This document shows positions 26,238-36,389 of a DNA stretch of 64,000 bases, piece after piece. The notes below the pieces were generated by a model. It had not been told where the DNA came from, searched no databases, and saw only the letters and a list, made by a program, of their open reading frames with translations. Origin of the DNA: Ferruginibacter sp. (GTDB lineage Bacteria; Bacteroidota; Bacteroidia; Chitinophagales; Chitinophagaceae); contig JANPCB010000121.1 in the NCBI GenBank assembly GCA_031430735.1, positions 4,869 through 68,868 of the forward strand. Reading direction: 5' to 3'. Each line of letters opens with the position of its first letter. The first letter of the stretch is position 1. The position numbers were made by a program, and so were the translations under genes.

Positions 26238-27404
26238 ATGAAAAAATTAATAACCTATGCCTTGGTAGTAGCAAGCATTATTTCATGCAACGAAAAAGCA
26301 ACTGAAGGAACTTTCACCGTTCAGGGTGATTTGAAAAATATTGACAATCAACAAATTTATTTAGAGCAATTATTCTTTAGCCAGAAAAACCCAGAAGTAT
26401 TGGATACTGCCGAAATAAAAGATGGCAAATTTATTATTAGTGCAAAGGGTGACGAAGAAGGACTTTACAGGCTAAGATTTGAAAAGGAACAAATCGGATA
26501 TATCTTTATCAATGATAAGCCTAGTATAAATTTTAAGGCAGATGTAAAAGATATTAGCTTAGCAGGCCCTGATTTTGGTACCCCTGCAAATAAGGCCTTC
26601 AAAAGTTTTCTTACAGCAATTGATAGCAAACAAAAAGGGCTAAACGATTTATCTACCGAAATAGATAGCTTAAAAAAAGGAAGTAACAATGATAGTATGG
26701 TAGCTGCAAAAATTGTTGGCTTAAACAGCAATGTTGCAGACTTAAATACTTTTGTAGTAAAAACAATTGATACAGAAAAAGATCCAGTAGTAGCCATGTT
26801 TGCTTTGGGATATACAAGAGGCATTGATCCTAAAGATTTAAAAACGGTTGTGCCAAACCTTGCAAAACGATTTCCTACACATAAAGGAATAGCATCCATA
26901 TTGGTAGAATACAATAATATGATGGCAAAAAAAGATGCTCCGCCCCCACCCGCTACCGATCGGCCAACAGCAAAACCTGGGATGCAAGCAATAGGAAATA
27001 TGGCGCCAGAAATTACCTTAGCAGATACCGAAGGCAAACCCTTTTCATTAAGCTCACTAAAAGGAAAATATGTGTTGGTAGATTTTTGGGCTAGCTGGTG
27101 TGGTCCATGCCGTGGCGAAAACCCCAATGTGGTTGCCAACTATAATAAATACAAAAACAAAAATTTCACCATTTTGGGTGTTTCACTAGACGAAGATAAA
27201 GGAAAATGGCTAGCAGCTATAAAAACGGATAATCTTGCCTGGAAAAATGTAAGCGATTTAAAAGGTTGGAGTAATGCCGCCGCTAAAATGTATGGCGTAG
27301 AATCTATACCTTATAATGTTTTAATTGATCCTACAGGTAAAATAATTGCCGTTGAATTGAGGGATGAGGCATTGGGGAAGAAATTGGAGGAGCTGTTGAA
27401 ATAG
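26238..27404 (+). CDS. TlpA-family thiol:disulfide oxidoreductase lipoprotein
   Basis: Lipobox-like ASIISC. The C-terminal thioredoxin fold carries VLVDFWASWCGPCRGENP. Confidence 0.85.
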   Translation: MKKLITYALVVASIISCNEKATEGTFTVQGDLKNIDNQQIYLEQLFFSQKNPEVLDTAEIKDGKFIISAKGDEEGLYRLRFEKEQIGYIFINDKPSINFKADVKDISLAGPDFGTPANKAFKSFLTAIDSKQKGLNDLSTEIDSLKKGSNNDSMVAAKIVGLNSNVADLNTFVVKTIDTEKDPVVAMFALGYTRGIDPKDLKTVVPNLAKRFPTHKGIASILVEYNNMMAKKDAPPPPATDRPTAKPGMQAIGNMAPEITLADTEGKPFSLSSLKGKYVLVDFWASWCGPCRGENPNVVANYNKYKNKNFTILGVSLDEDKGKWLAAIKTDNLAWKNVSDLKGWSNAAAKMYGVESIPYNVLIDPTGKIIAVELRDEALGKKLEELLK

Positions 27405-27436
27405 CTCAAAATATAGAATGATAAGTTGCCATAAAT

Positions 27437-27476
27437 AAAATAGCCGTATCAATATTCAAATTGGTACGGCTATTTT
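27437..27476. terminator. Bidirectional terminator (tlpA-like / DUF4397 gene)
   Basis: aaaatagccgta / tacggctatttt form a perfect 12-bp stem with a 16-nt loop, between convergent genes. Confidence 0.75.
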
Positions 27477-27498
27477 ATAAAAAATTATATTGAATTAC

Positions 27499-28239
27499 TT
27501 AAGGAAGTTGTCTAAAAGCACCAATTGATAGTGGTAGTCCTACAGCTGTTCCTGTTGCATACAAAGTAAAATTGCCTTTGTATATTCCTCCCACAGTTGT
27601 TGCAATGTTTGCCGAAGTAAGCACTGTTTGTGTTCCAGCCGCTTTTAGCTTAATGGTGTAATTACCACCTGGTATTTGCCTATACTGGGAAATTGCTGAC
27701 ACAGTAGCTGCAGCAGGTGAAGAACCAATATATGGTTGATTGGTTATGGTTACACTATCATTAGGTGTTACTGTAGTTCTTAGGAGTGTTACATCCATCG
27801 GTACAGAATTTACAGCTACATTTATGAACCTTACCCTTAAAACTCCATCAACTATTGTTGTTAAATCATCCGTTAGCCTTACAAACTTTAATTTGCTAGT
27901 AGGCGTTTGCAAAGTATCATAAGCAATGATGGTTGCCGCTTTATTTGTTTCAAAATTTTCTGCGCCAAGTGCAACATAATCTACTGGCAAAGCAGGATTG
28001 TTTGAACGCAAAACTATACTTCTTGTTCCAGGGGTAAGATTTAAGTAAGCGCTATTGGATCTGTAAACCAATGAGGTAGCCGTTTGACTAACACCATCTA
28101 CTATCACATTAAAAATGGGAGTACTTGGTGAGGCATTAACAAAAGCTGCTGCACTGTACTCAGGCTGCGCATAATCTATCGTTTTACCGCAACCAGCAAG
28201 AACTGCTGCAGATAATAATATTCCAACTATTTTTTTCAT
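27499..28239 (-). CDS. DUF4397-like lipoprotein
   Basis: Lipobox LAGCGK. Repeated segments AAFVNASPSTPIFNVIVDG and LRVRFINVAVNSVPMDVTL resemble the DUF4397 repeat pattern. It lies directly downstream of susD. Confidence 0.6.
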   Translation of the reverse strand: MKKIVGILLSAAVLAGCGKTIDYAQPEYSAAAFVNASPSTPIFNVIVDGVSQTATSLVYRSNSAYLNLTPGTRSIVLRSNNPALPVDYVALGAENFETNKAATIIAYDTLQTPTSKLKFVRLTDDLTTIVDGVLRVRFINVAVNSVPMDVTLLRTTVTPNDSVTITNQPYIGSSPAAATVSAISQYRQIPGGNYTIKLKAAGTQTVLTSANIATTVGGIYKGNFTLYATGTAVGLPLSIGAFRQLP

Positions 28240-28275
28240 ATTTTAACTTTAAATGCTTTAAAAATTTATCTCAAT

Positions 28276-29712
28276 CTAGTACCCTACATTTTGTCCAACG
28301 TTTGGATTTGCCTGCAATTCTTGGAAAGGTATTGGCAGGATGTAATGGTAATCTGATATTGGTAACGTTTGACTAGAAGCTATTCCACCGATATCTGATA
28401 CATCTCTTGTGATTGGTAAACTTCTTCTGCGCAAATCAAAATAACGCTGGCCTTCATAACACAATTCTTTGTACCGTTCTAACAAGATTGCATCAATTAA
28501 TGCAGTTTTGCTAGTGATAGGTGTGTGAACGTATCCTGTAATCCTATTGGTTCTCAACAAATTTAAATCAGCATCAGAAGCAGGAAGATTGTTTAGTTCT
28601 GCATAAGCCTCAGCTCTTGCTAATACAAACTCCGCTGTACGCATCATTTTTATATCGTAAATAAAAGTTTCTCCAGCTTGTGGCAAGAAACCATATTTTG
28701 CTATTAAATTTCTTGGAGATGTCTTAAAGAAAGTTGAAAATCTTACATCAGTCACCTGGTTAAACGTATTCATCAATTTTGCAGCCGGAGCAGCTTGTTG
28801 AGCAGCATTTGCATCTTGCCATAAAGAACCAACAGTAGCGCCAGTATTTGATGCAGTAACGTTCAATTTCCAAATCACTTCAGTCGTTTGCCCAGCAAGT
28901 GTGCGGGTAGTCCAAATTGCCGGATAGCCAGCAATGTTTGTAAGCGGTTGCAATGCAACAATCTCGTTTGTTCTATCTACTACGCCTTGCCAGTCTTTTG
29001 TATGTAATGCAATACGTACTTGCCCTCCTATAACCGCATTTCTTGTAACCCTTCCTATGTCATTAAACGTAGCAGGTATTAAAGATTTTGCACTTAAAAG
29101 ATCAGCAGTTATCTGGTCGGCTATTGCTTTCTGTGTATTGCGTGCTGGGCGGTAAGTAGCGGGCGTTTTTACATATGTTGTTTGTAGAACTACCCCCAAC
29201 GCTGTAGGATTATATTCAGCGGTAATGCTAAAACACCTTAACAATTCTAAATGAGCCATTGCTCTTAGGGCAAGCATCTCCCCGAAAAACTGGTTTTTCA
29301 AAGATACATCTGTTGCACTTGGCGTCGGCACTTTTGCTCCCAGCTCCAGCACTCTGTTTGCTCTATCTATTACTGCATATAAATTTGTCCATACTCCTCC
29401 AGTTTCGCCATCTCTCCAATCTTGAGAATCTGAAACAAACTGCCAATTATATAATGCATTACCAACATTTCTATATTCCGTTCCTACACCCAATCGTATT
29501 TCGTCCGCAATACCAGCCGAAATATAAATTGAACGTCTGGCGGACCATGTACCATATACACCATTTACTGCAGTAGTTAGATCAGCCATTGTTTGAATGG
29601 CTTTATCAGCTGGAATTTGATCTATTGGTTGTAGATCAGTAAGTTTTTTCTCACAAGACATTAAAGTAGCTGTGAAAATAAACACCCATATTATTTTATT
29701 GAATACTTTCAT
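28276..29712 (-). CDS. RagB/SusD-family nutrient-binding outer membrane lipoprotein
   Basis: Lipobox LMSC. SusD-like N-terminal TPR region with RAMAHLELLR and ERYKELCYEGQRYFDLRR. It sits immediately after a susC-like gene. Confidence 0.85.
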   Translation of the reverse strand: MKVFNKIIWVFIFTATLMSCEKKLTDLQPIDQIPADKAIQTMADLTTAVNGVYGTWSARRSIYISAGIADEIRLGVGTEYRNVGNALYNWQFVSDSQDWRDGETGGVWTNLYAVIDRANRVLELGAKVPTPSATDVSLKNQFFGEMLALRAMAHLELLRCFSITAEYNPTALGVVLQTTYVKTPATYRPARNTQKAIADQITADLLSAKSLIPATFNDIGRVTRNAVIGGQVRIALHTKDWQGVVDRTNEIVALQPLTNIAGYPAIWTTRTLAGQTTEVIWKLNVTASNTGATVGSLWQDANAAQQAAPAAKLMNTFNQVTDVRFSTFFKTSPRNLIAKYGFLPQAGETFIYDIKMMRTAEFVLARAEAYAELNNLPASDADLNLLRTNRITGYVHTPITSKTALIDAILLERYKELCYEGQRYFDLRRRSLPITRDVSDIGGIASSQTLPISDYHYILPIPFQELQANPNVGQNVGY

Positions 29713-29732
29713 AATATAATTATTTATTGGAA

Positions 29733-32700
29733 TTAAAAATTGATATCTACACCAACTGTAAATGTTTTCGGGTTAGGAAATTCATAGTTGGCAATATTGT
29801 TACTCTCTTCAGGATCAAAACCTGTCCATTTTGTCCAAGTATATAGGTTTTGAGCTTGACCCCAAACCCTGAAACTTCTGATAGGCTTACCATTTTTTGT
29901 GGTAAATGTATAACCAGCTTGTACATTGCGCAATCTTACAAAAGATGCATCCTCAATATCCTTGCTACTAAATTGACGAGCTGTGTTTACTTTTTGATAC
30001 TCTGTTCTATCTCCCGGGTTTCTCCAACTAGTCAACAAATCTGTTCTTTTGTTAAACTGTACATTCCCATTGGTAGACTCATAAAAGAATGATTCATTGT
30101 TGAACCTATAAACACCTTGTGCAGTAGATAATAAAACACCTAAGTCAAATCCTTTCCAAGAAATATCCAAATTAGCTCCACCCGTAAATTTTGGAAGATA
30201 TGTACCAAACTCAGCTCTGTTATTTGCTGCAGAATAATCTGTTGTAGGGTTACCATTGATATCTTGGTAAACTGCCAATCCGCTTTGAGGATTAACACCT
30301 AAATAACCTACAGTGTAATGTGTTCCAAAAGGAACGCCCACTTTTATAATACCTGTTCCTTGTGGTATCTCAGTTAATATACCAAGGCTCGTTATTTCAT
30401 TTTTTAAGAATCCTCCATTAGCACCAATTGTAACCAAAAGGTCATTCTTGCTAATAACGTCAGCAGCAATAGAAAAATCAAGTCCTCTGTTTTCCATTGC
30501 ACCTGCATTCACATTTAAACCATTAAACCCAGAAGTTCTACTAACGCCTTGGTTTACAAAAAGGTTTTTAGATTCTTTTTTATAAGCATCTGCTGTAATT
30601 CTTATTCTACGATTCCATAAAGCTACATCAAAACCTATATTAGTAATAATTTGACTTTCTATTCTATAATCTGGATTACCTGGCGAAGTTGGTACTATAC
30701 CAGAAACACCTGCATAGCTTCCTACACCGTACCCTGGTATAAAGCCAAACTCTGATGTAAAGCCATCAATATTTGCTGATTCACCATAACTTGCCCTTAC
30801 CCTTGCTTCTTGCAAGATATTTTGCTTTTTCATAAAGCCTTCTTCAATAATATTCCAACTTGCTCCAAAAGTACTCATTACAATATCTTTGTTTGCATCT
30901 GGAACTTGTGAACTTACATCTCTTCTTATACTAGTAGAAAAAGTGTACTTTTTATTATACGTATAATCGGCAATGGCAAATAATGATGATATACCATTAA
31001 TGAATTTGCTACCACCTACAGCTGGGATAAAATTATTTGTAGCATTTCCAGGCGTAATAGCTGCAGGGGTATTTGGTAAATTTGTATTAATACCATACCC
31101 TGTAGCGCTAAAAGTTCTTGCTTTGTTTCTAATAGACTCGCTCATTGCCAAGGCATTTACTTGGTGCTTTTGATTGAATGTACGCTTAAAAACAAGCCCT
31201 GTTGTAGAAATAAATTGAACATTTTCCACAAAGCTTTCGTTGTACAAACCTGCACGACCATTTGCAGCTAAATTATATCCTGCAAATTGCAAAGGATCAA
31301 TAAATCTACTAGCATTGTTGTTTCTATAATCAACTCCATTGGTTGTTTTAAAAGAAATACCTTTCCAAATATCATATTGTAATGTTACAGCAAGTCCACC
31401 TTTAAACTGACCACTAGTTGCAGTAGTAGTATTTGATCTGTCAAACGCATTAGCAGCCGTTTTACCTGCACCCGTATCTATTACATTTGGTGCTTTGTAC
31501 AATTGTCTATAAGGAAGTTCCAAATAAGCAGCAGCAATTGGATTTGCTAGTGCCACCGCTGATTCTGATTCAATTCCTTTAGAAATACTGTAACCAGCAT
31601 TTGTACGAATAGATGCTGTTAAACGATCTGTTTTAAAATCTAGATTCCCCCTAAAAGTATATCTATCTAAGTTAGACCTTATTACTATCCCTTCTTGTTG
31701 ATAAGCGGATAATGAGGTGAAAAAAGTTAGTTTTTCAGTACCTCCAGAAGCATTCAATTCATGTTGTTTAAATGTACCTTTTCTAAAAAAGATATCTGGC
31801 CAGTTGGTATTTATTTGTTTAGTAGAATCTAATAATCTAGTAAAATTGGCTTGTTGTGCAGGAGTAGCTGCTTGAAAAGCAGGGTTGTTCGGACTATAAT
31901 CCCAACCTGGGTAGCCTGTAGCATTTCCTGTGCCGATAACACCAGCAGGGCCTAAAAACTCTCCTTCGTACCTAAGCCTTTGCTCTGTATTCATCAATTG
32001 GAGGTTTTTTAGCGTAGGCGCTTGGGAGTAACCTATTTGCCCACGATATTGCAACAATGTTTTACCTACTTTACCTTTTTTAGAAGTAAGTATAATTACA
32101 CCATTTGCACCTCTTGACCCGTATTGTCCAGCACTGGCAGCATCTTTCAATACATCCACACTTTCAAAATCATTTGGATTTAAAGAACGGAAAACTCCTG
32201 CTTCAATTGGAGCTCCATCTAATATGTAAAGTGGTCCAGCACCTCCGCTTATTGAACCAACACCACGAATATTTACCCTTGCAGCAGTACCTGGTTGTCC
32301 AGAACCCGATGCAATGTATAAACCTGGCGCTCTACCTTGTAATATCTGTTCAAAAGATGCAATTGGAACCTGCTCTATCTGTTTAGAACTCACTTTTGAA
32401 GCTGCTCCGGTAAACTCTGTTTTTTTCTTTATAGTATAACCAGTAACAACAACTTCTTCTAGCTTATTGTTTCTAGCAGAAATTGTAATATTAATAACGG
32501 CTTGGCTACCGATGCTACGAGTTATTGTTTCAAAATTCACACTGCTAAAGCTGAGTGTTTTTGCTTTTGCAGAAACAACAACACGATAATTACCATTAGC
32601 GTCTGTTTGAGTCCCATTTTTATTGTCAGAAGATATAACAGATACTCCTTGTACGGGAGCCCCTTTTTCATCTACAATACGACCCGTAATGGTACGGTCT

Positions 32701-32762
32701 TGCGCTGTAGCCCCTAGTACAAAGCCTAGTGCAACCAGCATGGTTAGAATTAGTTTTCTCAT
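29733..32762 (-). CDS. SusC/RagA-family TonB-dependent outer membrane transporter
   Basis: N-terminal carboxypeptidase-regulatory-like domain (ITGRIVDEKGAPVQGVSV). Plug motifs (LQGRAPGL, DVLKDAASAGQYGSRGANGVIILTSKKG) and a C-terminal aromatic residue are present. 1009 aa. Confidence 0.9.
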   Translation of the reverse strand: MRKLILTMLVALGFVLGATAQDRTITGRIVDEKGAPVQGVSVISSDNKNGTQTDANGNYRVVVSAKAKTLSFSSVNFETITRSIGSQAVINITISARNNKLEEVVVTGYTIKKKTEFTGAASKVSSKQIEQVPIASFEQILQGRAPGLYIASGSGQPGTAARVNIRGVGSISGGAGPLYILDGAPIEAGVFRSLNPNDFESVDVLKDAASAGQYGSRGANGVIILTSKKGKVGKTLLQYRGQIGYSQAPTLKNLQLMNTEQRLRYEGEFLGPAGVIGTGNATGYPGWDYSPNNPAFQAATPAQQANFTRLLDSTKQINTNWPDIFFRKGTFKQHELNASGGTEKLTFFTSLSAYQQEGIVIRSNLDRYTFRGNLDFKTDRLTASIRTNAGYSISKGIESESAVALANPIAAAYLELPYRQLYKAPNVIDTGAGKTAANAFDRSNTTTATSGQFKGGLAVTLQYDIWKGISFKTTNGVDYRNNNASRFIDPLQFAGYNLAANGRAGLYNESFVENVQFISTTGLVFKRTFNQKHQVNALAMSESIRNKARTFSATGYGINTNLPNTPAAITPGNATNNFIPAVGGSKFINGISSLFAIADYTYNKKYTFSTSIRRDVSSQVPDANKDIVMSTFGASWNIIEEGFMKKQNILQEARVRASYGESANIDGFTSEFGFIPGYGVGSYAGVSGIVPTSPGNPDYRIESQIITNIGFDVALWNRRIRITADAYKKESKNLFVNQGVSRTSGFNGLNVNAGAMENRGLDFSIAADVISKNDLLVTIGANGGFLKNEITSLGILTEIPQGTGIIKVGVPFGTHYTVGYLGVNPQSGLAVYQDINGNPTTDYSAANNRAEFGTYLPKFTGGANLDISWKGFDLGVLLSTAQGVYRFNNESFFYESTNGNVQFNKRTDLLTSWRNPGDRTEYQKVNTARQFSSKDIEDASFVRLRNVQAGYTFTTKNGKPIRSFRVWGQAQNLYTWTKWTGFDPEESNNIANYEFPNPKTFTVGVDINF

Positions 32763-32785
32763 TGTTATTTTTTAGTTAAGTGACG

Positions 32786-32793
32786 CAAATATA
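32786..32793 (-). promoter_or_regulatory. Candidate -7 box for the susC-like gene
   Basis: The minus strand reads tatatttg (TAnnTTTG), 23 nt upstream of the ATG at 32762. Confidence 0.4.
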
Positions 32794-32877
32794 TAGCACG
32801 AGGCCATATTTTGTTAAAGTAATGACAACTTTTTTTGAACATACGCTGCCTTTGCAAAAAAAGTTTTGCATAAAGCG

Positions 32878-35220
32878 CTACTCATTTTTGTTGGTTTTTA
32901 TGATGAGCACAGGCAATAAAACAAGGTTGGTAATAGTAGCAGTAAGCAGCGTAACTGAAGTGAGCCAACCCAGCGCAAATGTGCCACCAAAGCCACTTGC
33001 ACAGAAAATGATAAAACCTGCTACCAAAACCAATGAGGTATAAATAATACTCAAACCAGTCTGGTGAATGGTGGCTTTTACAGATGTTGCAACATCATTT
33101 TTATTTTCTGGTAATACTTGCTTGTAATTTACTAAAAAACGAATGGTGATATCTATGGCAATTCCCAATGCCACGCTGAAAATGAGTACTGTAGAGGGTT
33201 TAAGCGGAACTCCTGCCCATCCCATAATACCCGCAGTTACGAATAACGGAATAATATTTGGCAAGAGCGAACATATTAATACTTTAAAAGATTTGAAAAG
33301 AAACAACATGCAAACGGCAATAAGCAAGAATGCCCAAAAGATACTTTCCTTTAATCCATTGATTATAAATTTGCTCCCCTCTAGGAAAGTTATGCTAGTT
33401 CCAGTAAGGGTTATTTTGTAAGTGCTGTCAAACAATTCATTGGATCTCTTTTGGATTTTATTTAAAACAATGGGCAAAGCCGCTGTACCCACATCTGCCA
33501 TGCTTACACTTATACGAGCGGTTTGCCCAGCTGTATCCATAAACGAATGAAGGGTTTTTGCAAAGCTATTTCCAGCACCGCTTGTGTCTTTAGATGGACG
33601 TAAATATTCTCCTACAAAAGCGCCATCAAAACTATTGGGCAACATGTAATTGATAGAATCCCCTTCGTAAAAACCTTGCTTTGCAAATTTTAATCCCTCT
33701 GCTATGCTCAATGGAGCATTCATTTCTTTTTGTGCAGCTATAAATTGTGAAAGGGAATCTACTTTTTCAAAGATAGCCAATGCTTTCATGCCAGATAAAC
33801 CTCTACGCTTTTTAGTATCCACCATTATTTCCAATGGCATTACTCCTTTAAAATTTTTTTCAAAATATTTTAGATCGGTATAAATTTTATCTTTTTTAGG
33901 AAGATCGTCTACAATATATGCTACTGTTTTTAATCGTAAAATGCCCGCAATAGAAAACAGTAAAACAATGCCCGTTACTATTAATACTTGCTTGCTATAA
34001 ACAAATACCCATTTTTCTAATTTATTTAAAATGGCCACAACCAAATTGTTGTGTAAATATTTTAATTGTGTTTTGCCAGGTGTTGGCAATATGCTCAGCG
34101 CAGAAGGTAACAATAAAAATGATACAACGAATATCAACATAATGCTAATACCCGCTACTACTCCAAACTCTTTAAGAACGGCACTTTTGGTGAAAGCAAA
34201 CACTGCAAAACCAATAGCAGCAGTAATGTTGCAAAACAAGGTAACTACCCCCATCTTACTCACCATAGCTACCAAGGCATTTTCTTTTCTTTCCAACAGC
34301 GATAAATTTTCACCGCTTTGTATATGAGAAGTATGGTATTTATTTATGAAATAGATACAATTTGGAATGCCGATTACAACAACCAAAGAAGGTATAAGGG
34401 CTGTAAGCAACGTAATCTGATAGCCGCATAGATAAATAGTAGCTACCGACCAAATTACGCCGATGAGTACTACCGCAAGCGATAATAAAGTAGTACTGAT
34501 AGATCTAAAAAAAATGAGTAAAATCAAAACACTGAGTCCAAGAGATGCAAACAAAAACAATTTCATTTCTTTTTGTATCCTATCTGCAACCATGGTTCTT
34601 ATTAGAGGCAAACCACTCACATGTGTTTCTATATTTGTTGCGGCCTCAAAGCTTGCAAGTTCTTTGTTTATTTGACCGATCACTAGGGAACGCTCTTTGG
34701 TAGCCAATACATCTTTATTTACCTTTACTGCCATCAAATAACTATTGGAAGCACTGTTGTATAGCCTGTTTTTGTAAAAAGGTAGGTTATTAAAAACAGC
34801 AACTGCACTATCAAGGCTTTGTTGGCTAGTGATAGCTTCTGGGAAGATTTTTACAGAATTTAATTTTTCTGTTTCTATCATTTTCACCAAATTAAAAGAA
34901 CTGGGAATACTCAACACATCCTCTACAGCACTACTCTTTTTTAGGTTTTTATATAGCTGCTGATAAGCCTTGAAGTTTTTTAATGAATAAAATTCTTTGG
35001 TTGTAATGCCTACCACGAGTACATTTCCGTCATCCCCAAATTTTTGTTTGAACAATTGGTAATCTACATATTTAGCATTATTTGTAGGTATTGCTTTAGA
35101 AAATTCGTAGCTCAGTTTTACTTTGCTTGCATAATATCCCATTATACCTGTAGACACTAGTAGAAATATTAAAACTGCTATTCGATTTTTTATAACAAAC
35201 TTTGCTAACTGTTGCCACAT
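32878..35220 (-). CDS. MMPL/RND-superfamily exporter (two 6-TM bundles)
   Basis: 780 aa with two hydrophobic blocks, each preceded by a large loop. This is the pattern of SSD/MMPL-type predicted exporters. Confidence 0.75.
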   Translation of the reverse strand: MWQQLAKFVIKNRIAVLIFLLVSTGIMGYYASKVKLSYEFSKAIPTNNAKYVDYQLFKQKFGDDGNVLVVGITTKEFYSLKNFKAYQQLYKNLKKSSAVEDVLSIPSSFNLVKMIETEKLNSVKIFPEAITSQQSLDSAVAVFNNLPFYKNRLYNSASNSYLMAVKVNKDVLATKERSLVIGQINKELASFEAATNIETHVSGLPLIRTMVADRIQKEMKLFLFASLGLSVLILLIFFRSISTTLLSLAVVLIGVIWSVATIYLCGYQITLLTALIPSLVVVIGIPNCIYFINKYHTSHIQSGENLSLLERKENALVAMVSKMGVVTLFCNITAAIGFAVFAFTKSAVLKEFGVVAGISIMLIFVVSFLLLPSALSILPTPGKTQLKYLHNNLVVAILNKLEKWVFVYSKQVLIVTGIVLLFSIAGILRLKTVAYIVDDLPKKDKIYTDLKYFEKNFKGVMPLEIMVDTKKRRGLSGMKALAIFEKVDSLSQFIAAQKEMNAPLSIAEGLKFAKQGFYEGDSINYMLPNSFDGAFVGEYLRPSKDTSGAGNSFAKTLHSFMDTAGQTARISVSMADVGTAALPIVLNKIQKRSNELFDSTYKITLTGTSITFLEGSKFIINGLKESIFWAFLLIAVCMLFLFKSFKVLICSLLPNIIPLFVTAGIMGWAGVPLKPSTVLIFSVALGIAIDITIRFLVNYKQVLPENKNDVATSVKATIHQTGLSIIYTSLVLVAGFIIFCASGFGGTFALGWLTSVTLLTATITNLVLLPVLIIKTNKNE

Positions 35221-35332
35221 AATGATGTATTGTTATCTTTCAGAAAATTTGTGCAAAGAAAGAACAAAAAAAATTAATGCAATGCAAATTGAATACAACA
35301 TGTTGCGCTACGGTATAGATACAAATAGAATT

Positions 35333-35530
35333 GGAACACGGATGACACGGACCTGCCTGCCGGTAGGCTGGTTGAATAGATTTAAAAAGGCTTTTTTTGC
35401 TTCGTAATTTTTTATAACATGGATTATAATGAGAAGCTGGATTTAAAAGGTCTTTTTTTTGCTTTGCAAAAAATCAAATCCATATTTGATTATACATAAA
35501 AATCCGTTCAATCCGTGTCATCCGTGTTCC
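35333..35530. repeat. ~198-bp element bounded by a perfect 19-bp inverted repeat
   Basis: ggaacacggatgacacgga at 35333-35351 is the exact reverse complement of tccgtgtcatccgtgttcc at 35512-35530. The right arm is part of three tandem 9-mers (atccgttca atccgtgtc atccgtgtt, 35502-35528). Internal direct repeats lie at 35379-35402 and 35439-35465. Confidence 0.8.
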
Positions 35531-35611
35531 ATTTTTCACATCAATTATCTGTCCGCATTACAGGCTATTGCGTGGATAAAATCATTGACACAAAAAAACA
35601 GATTGACAAAA

Positions 35612-36343
35612 ATGTTTAAAACCAGGGCCATCATATTACGAACCACTAAATATGGAGAAACCAGCTTAGTGGTGACTGCTTTTACCGAGCTTTTTGGTAT
35701 ACAAACATATATGGTAAATGGAGTACGTACTTCAAAGAAAACAGGCATGAAGGCCTCTTTATACCAACCAGCTTCTGTTGTAGATATGGAAGTGTACCAT
35801 AATGAAAAAAACACCCTGCACCGGATAAGGGAATGCAATCGTGCACATGTGTTTACCCATATCTTATCCGATGTTGTAAAAAATAGCATTGCTGTTTTTA
35901 TGATGGAACTTTTTAATAAGTTACTCAAACAACCGGAGCAAAATGCAGACTTGTTTTATTTTTGTGAAGACGCACTGCTACAATTAGACACAGCACCAGC
36001 AAATGTAGCTTCCAACTTCCCATTGTTTTTCGCATTGCATCTCAGCCATTTTTTTGGATTTAAAATAGATGATAACTTTTCTGAATCGACCAGTTTTTTG
36101 GATTTGCAAGAGGGTAATTTTATTGAAGAAAGACCGCATCATCCTCATTTTTTAAGCGGCGATAATGCAATCATTACTGCAGAAATATTGCGAATGATGG
36201 TACCTTCAGAATTAAGTCAACTAAAAATGAACCATCTAAAAAGAAGGGAATTGCTTTCAAAATATATGGATTATTATGCATTGCACATACCGGAATTTGG
36301 GGTAATGAAAACATTGATGGTAATGCAGGAAGTGCTAGGGTGA
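35612..36343 (+). CDS. recO: DNA repair protein RecO
   Basis: From ATG 35612 the protein begins MFKTRAIILRTTKYGETSLVVTAFTELFG, a RecO OB-fold N-terminus, and is ~243 aa. The listed upstream start at 35459 reads through the repeat element. Confidence 0.8.
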   Translation: MFKTRAIILRTTKYGETSLVVTAFTELFGIQTYMVNGVRTSKKTGMKASLYQPASVVDMEVYHNEKNTLHRIRECNRAHVFTHILSDVVKNSIAVFMMELFNKLLKQPEQNADLFYFCEDALLQLDTAPANVASNFPLFFALHLSHFFGFKIDDNFSESTSFLDLQEGNFIEERPHHPHFLSGDNAIITAEILRMMVPSELSQLKMNHLKRRELLSKYMDYYALHIPEFGVMKTLMVMQEVLG

Positions 36344-36389
36344 CTTTATGAAACACAATGGGTCAAAGAAAATAAGTTATATAAAATAA

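Noticed and set aside
31641-31655. ccccctaaa inside the susC-like gene matches the first 9 nt of family A. Also, gggatgaggc at 27361-27370 in the tlpA-like gene matches the family-B tail.
   Set aside because: These are 9-10-nt matches without the rest of the element. The encoded peptides fit normal protein context, so I consider them chance matches.
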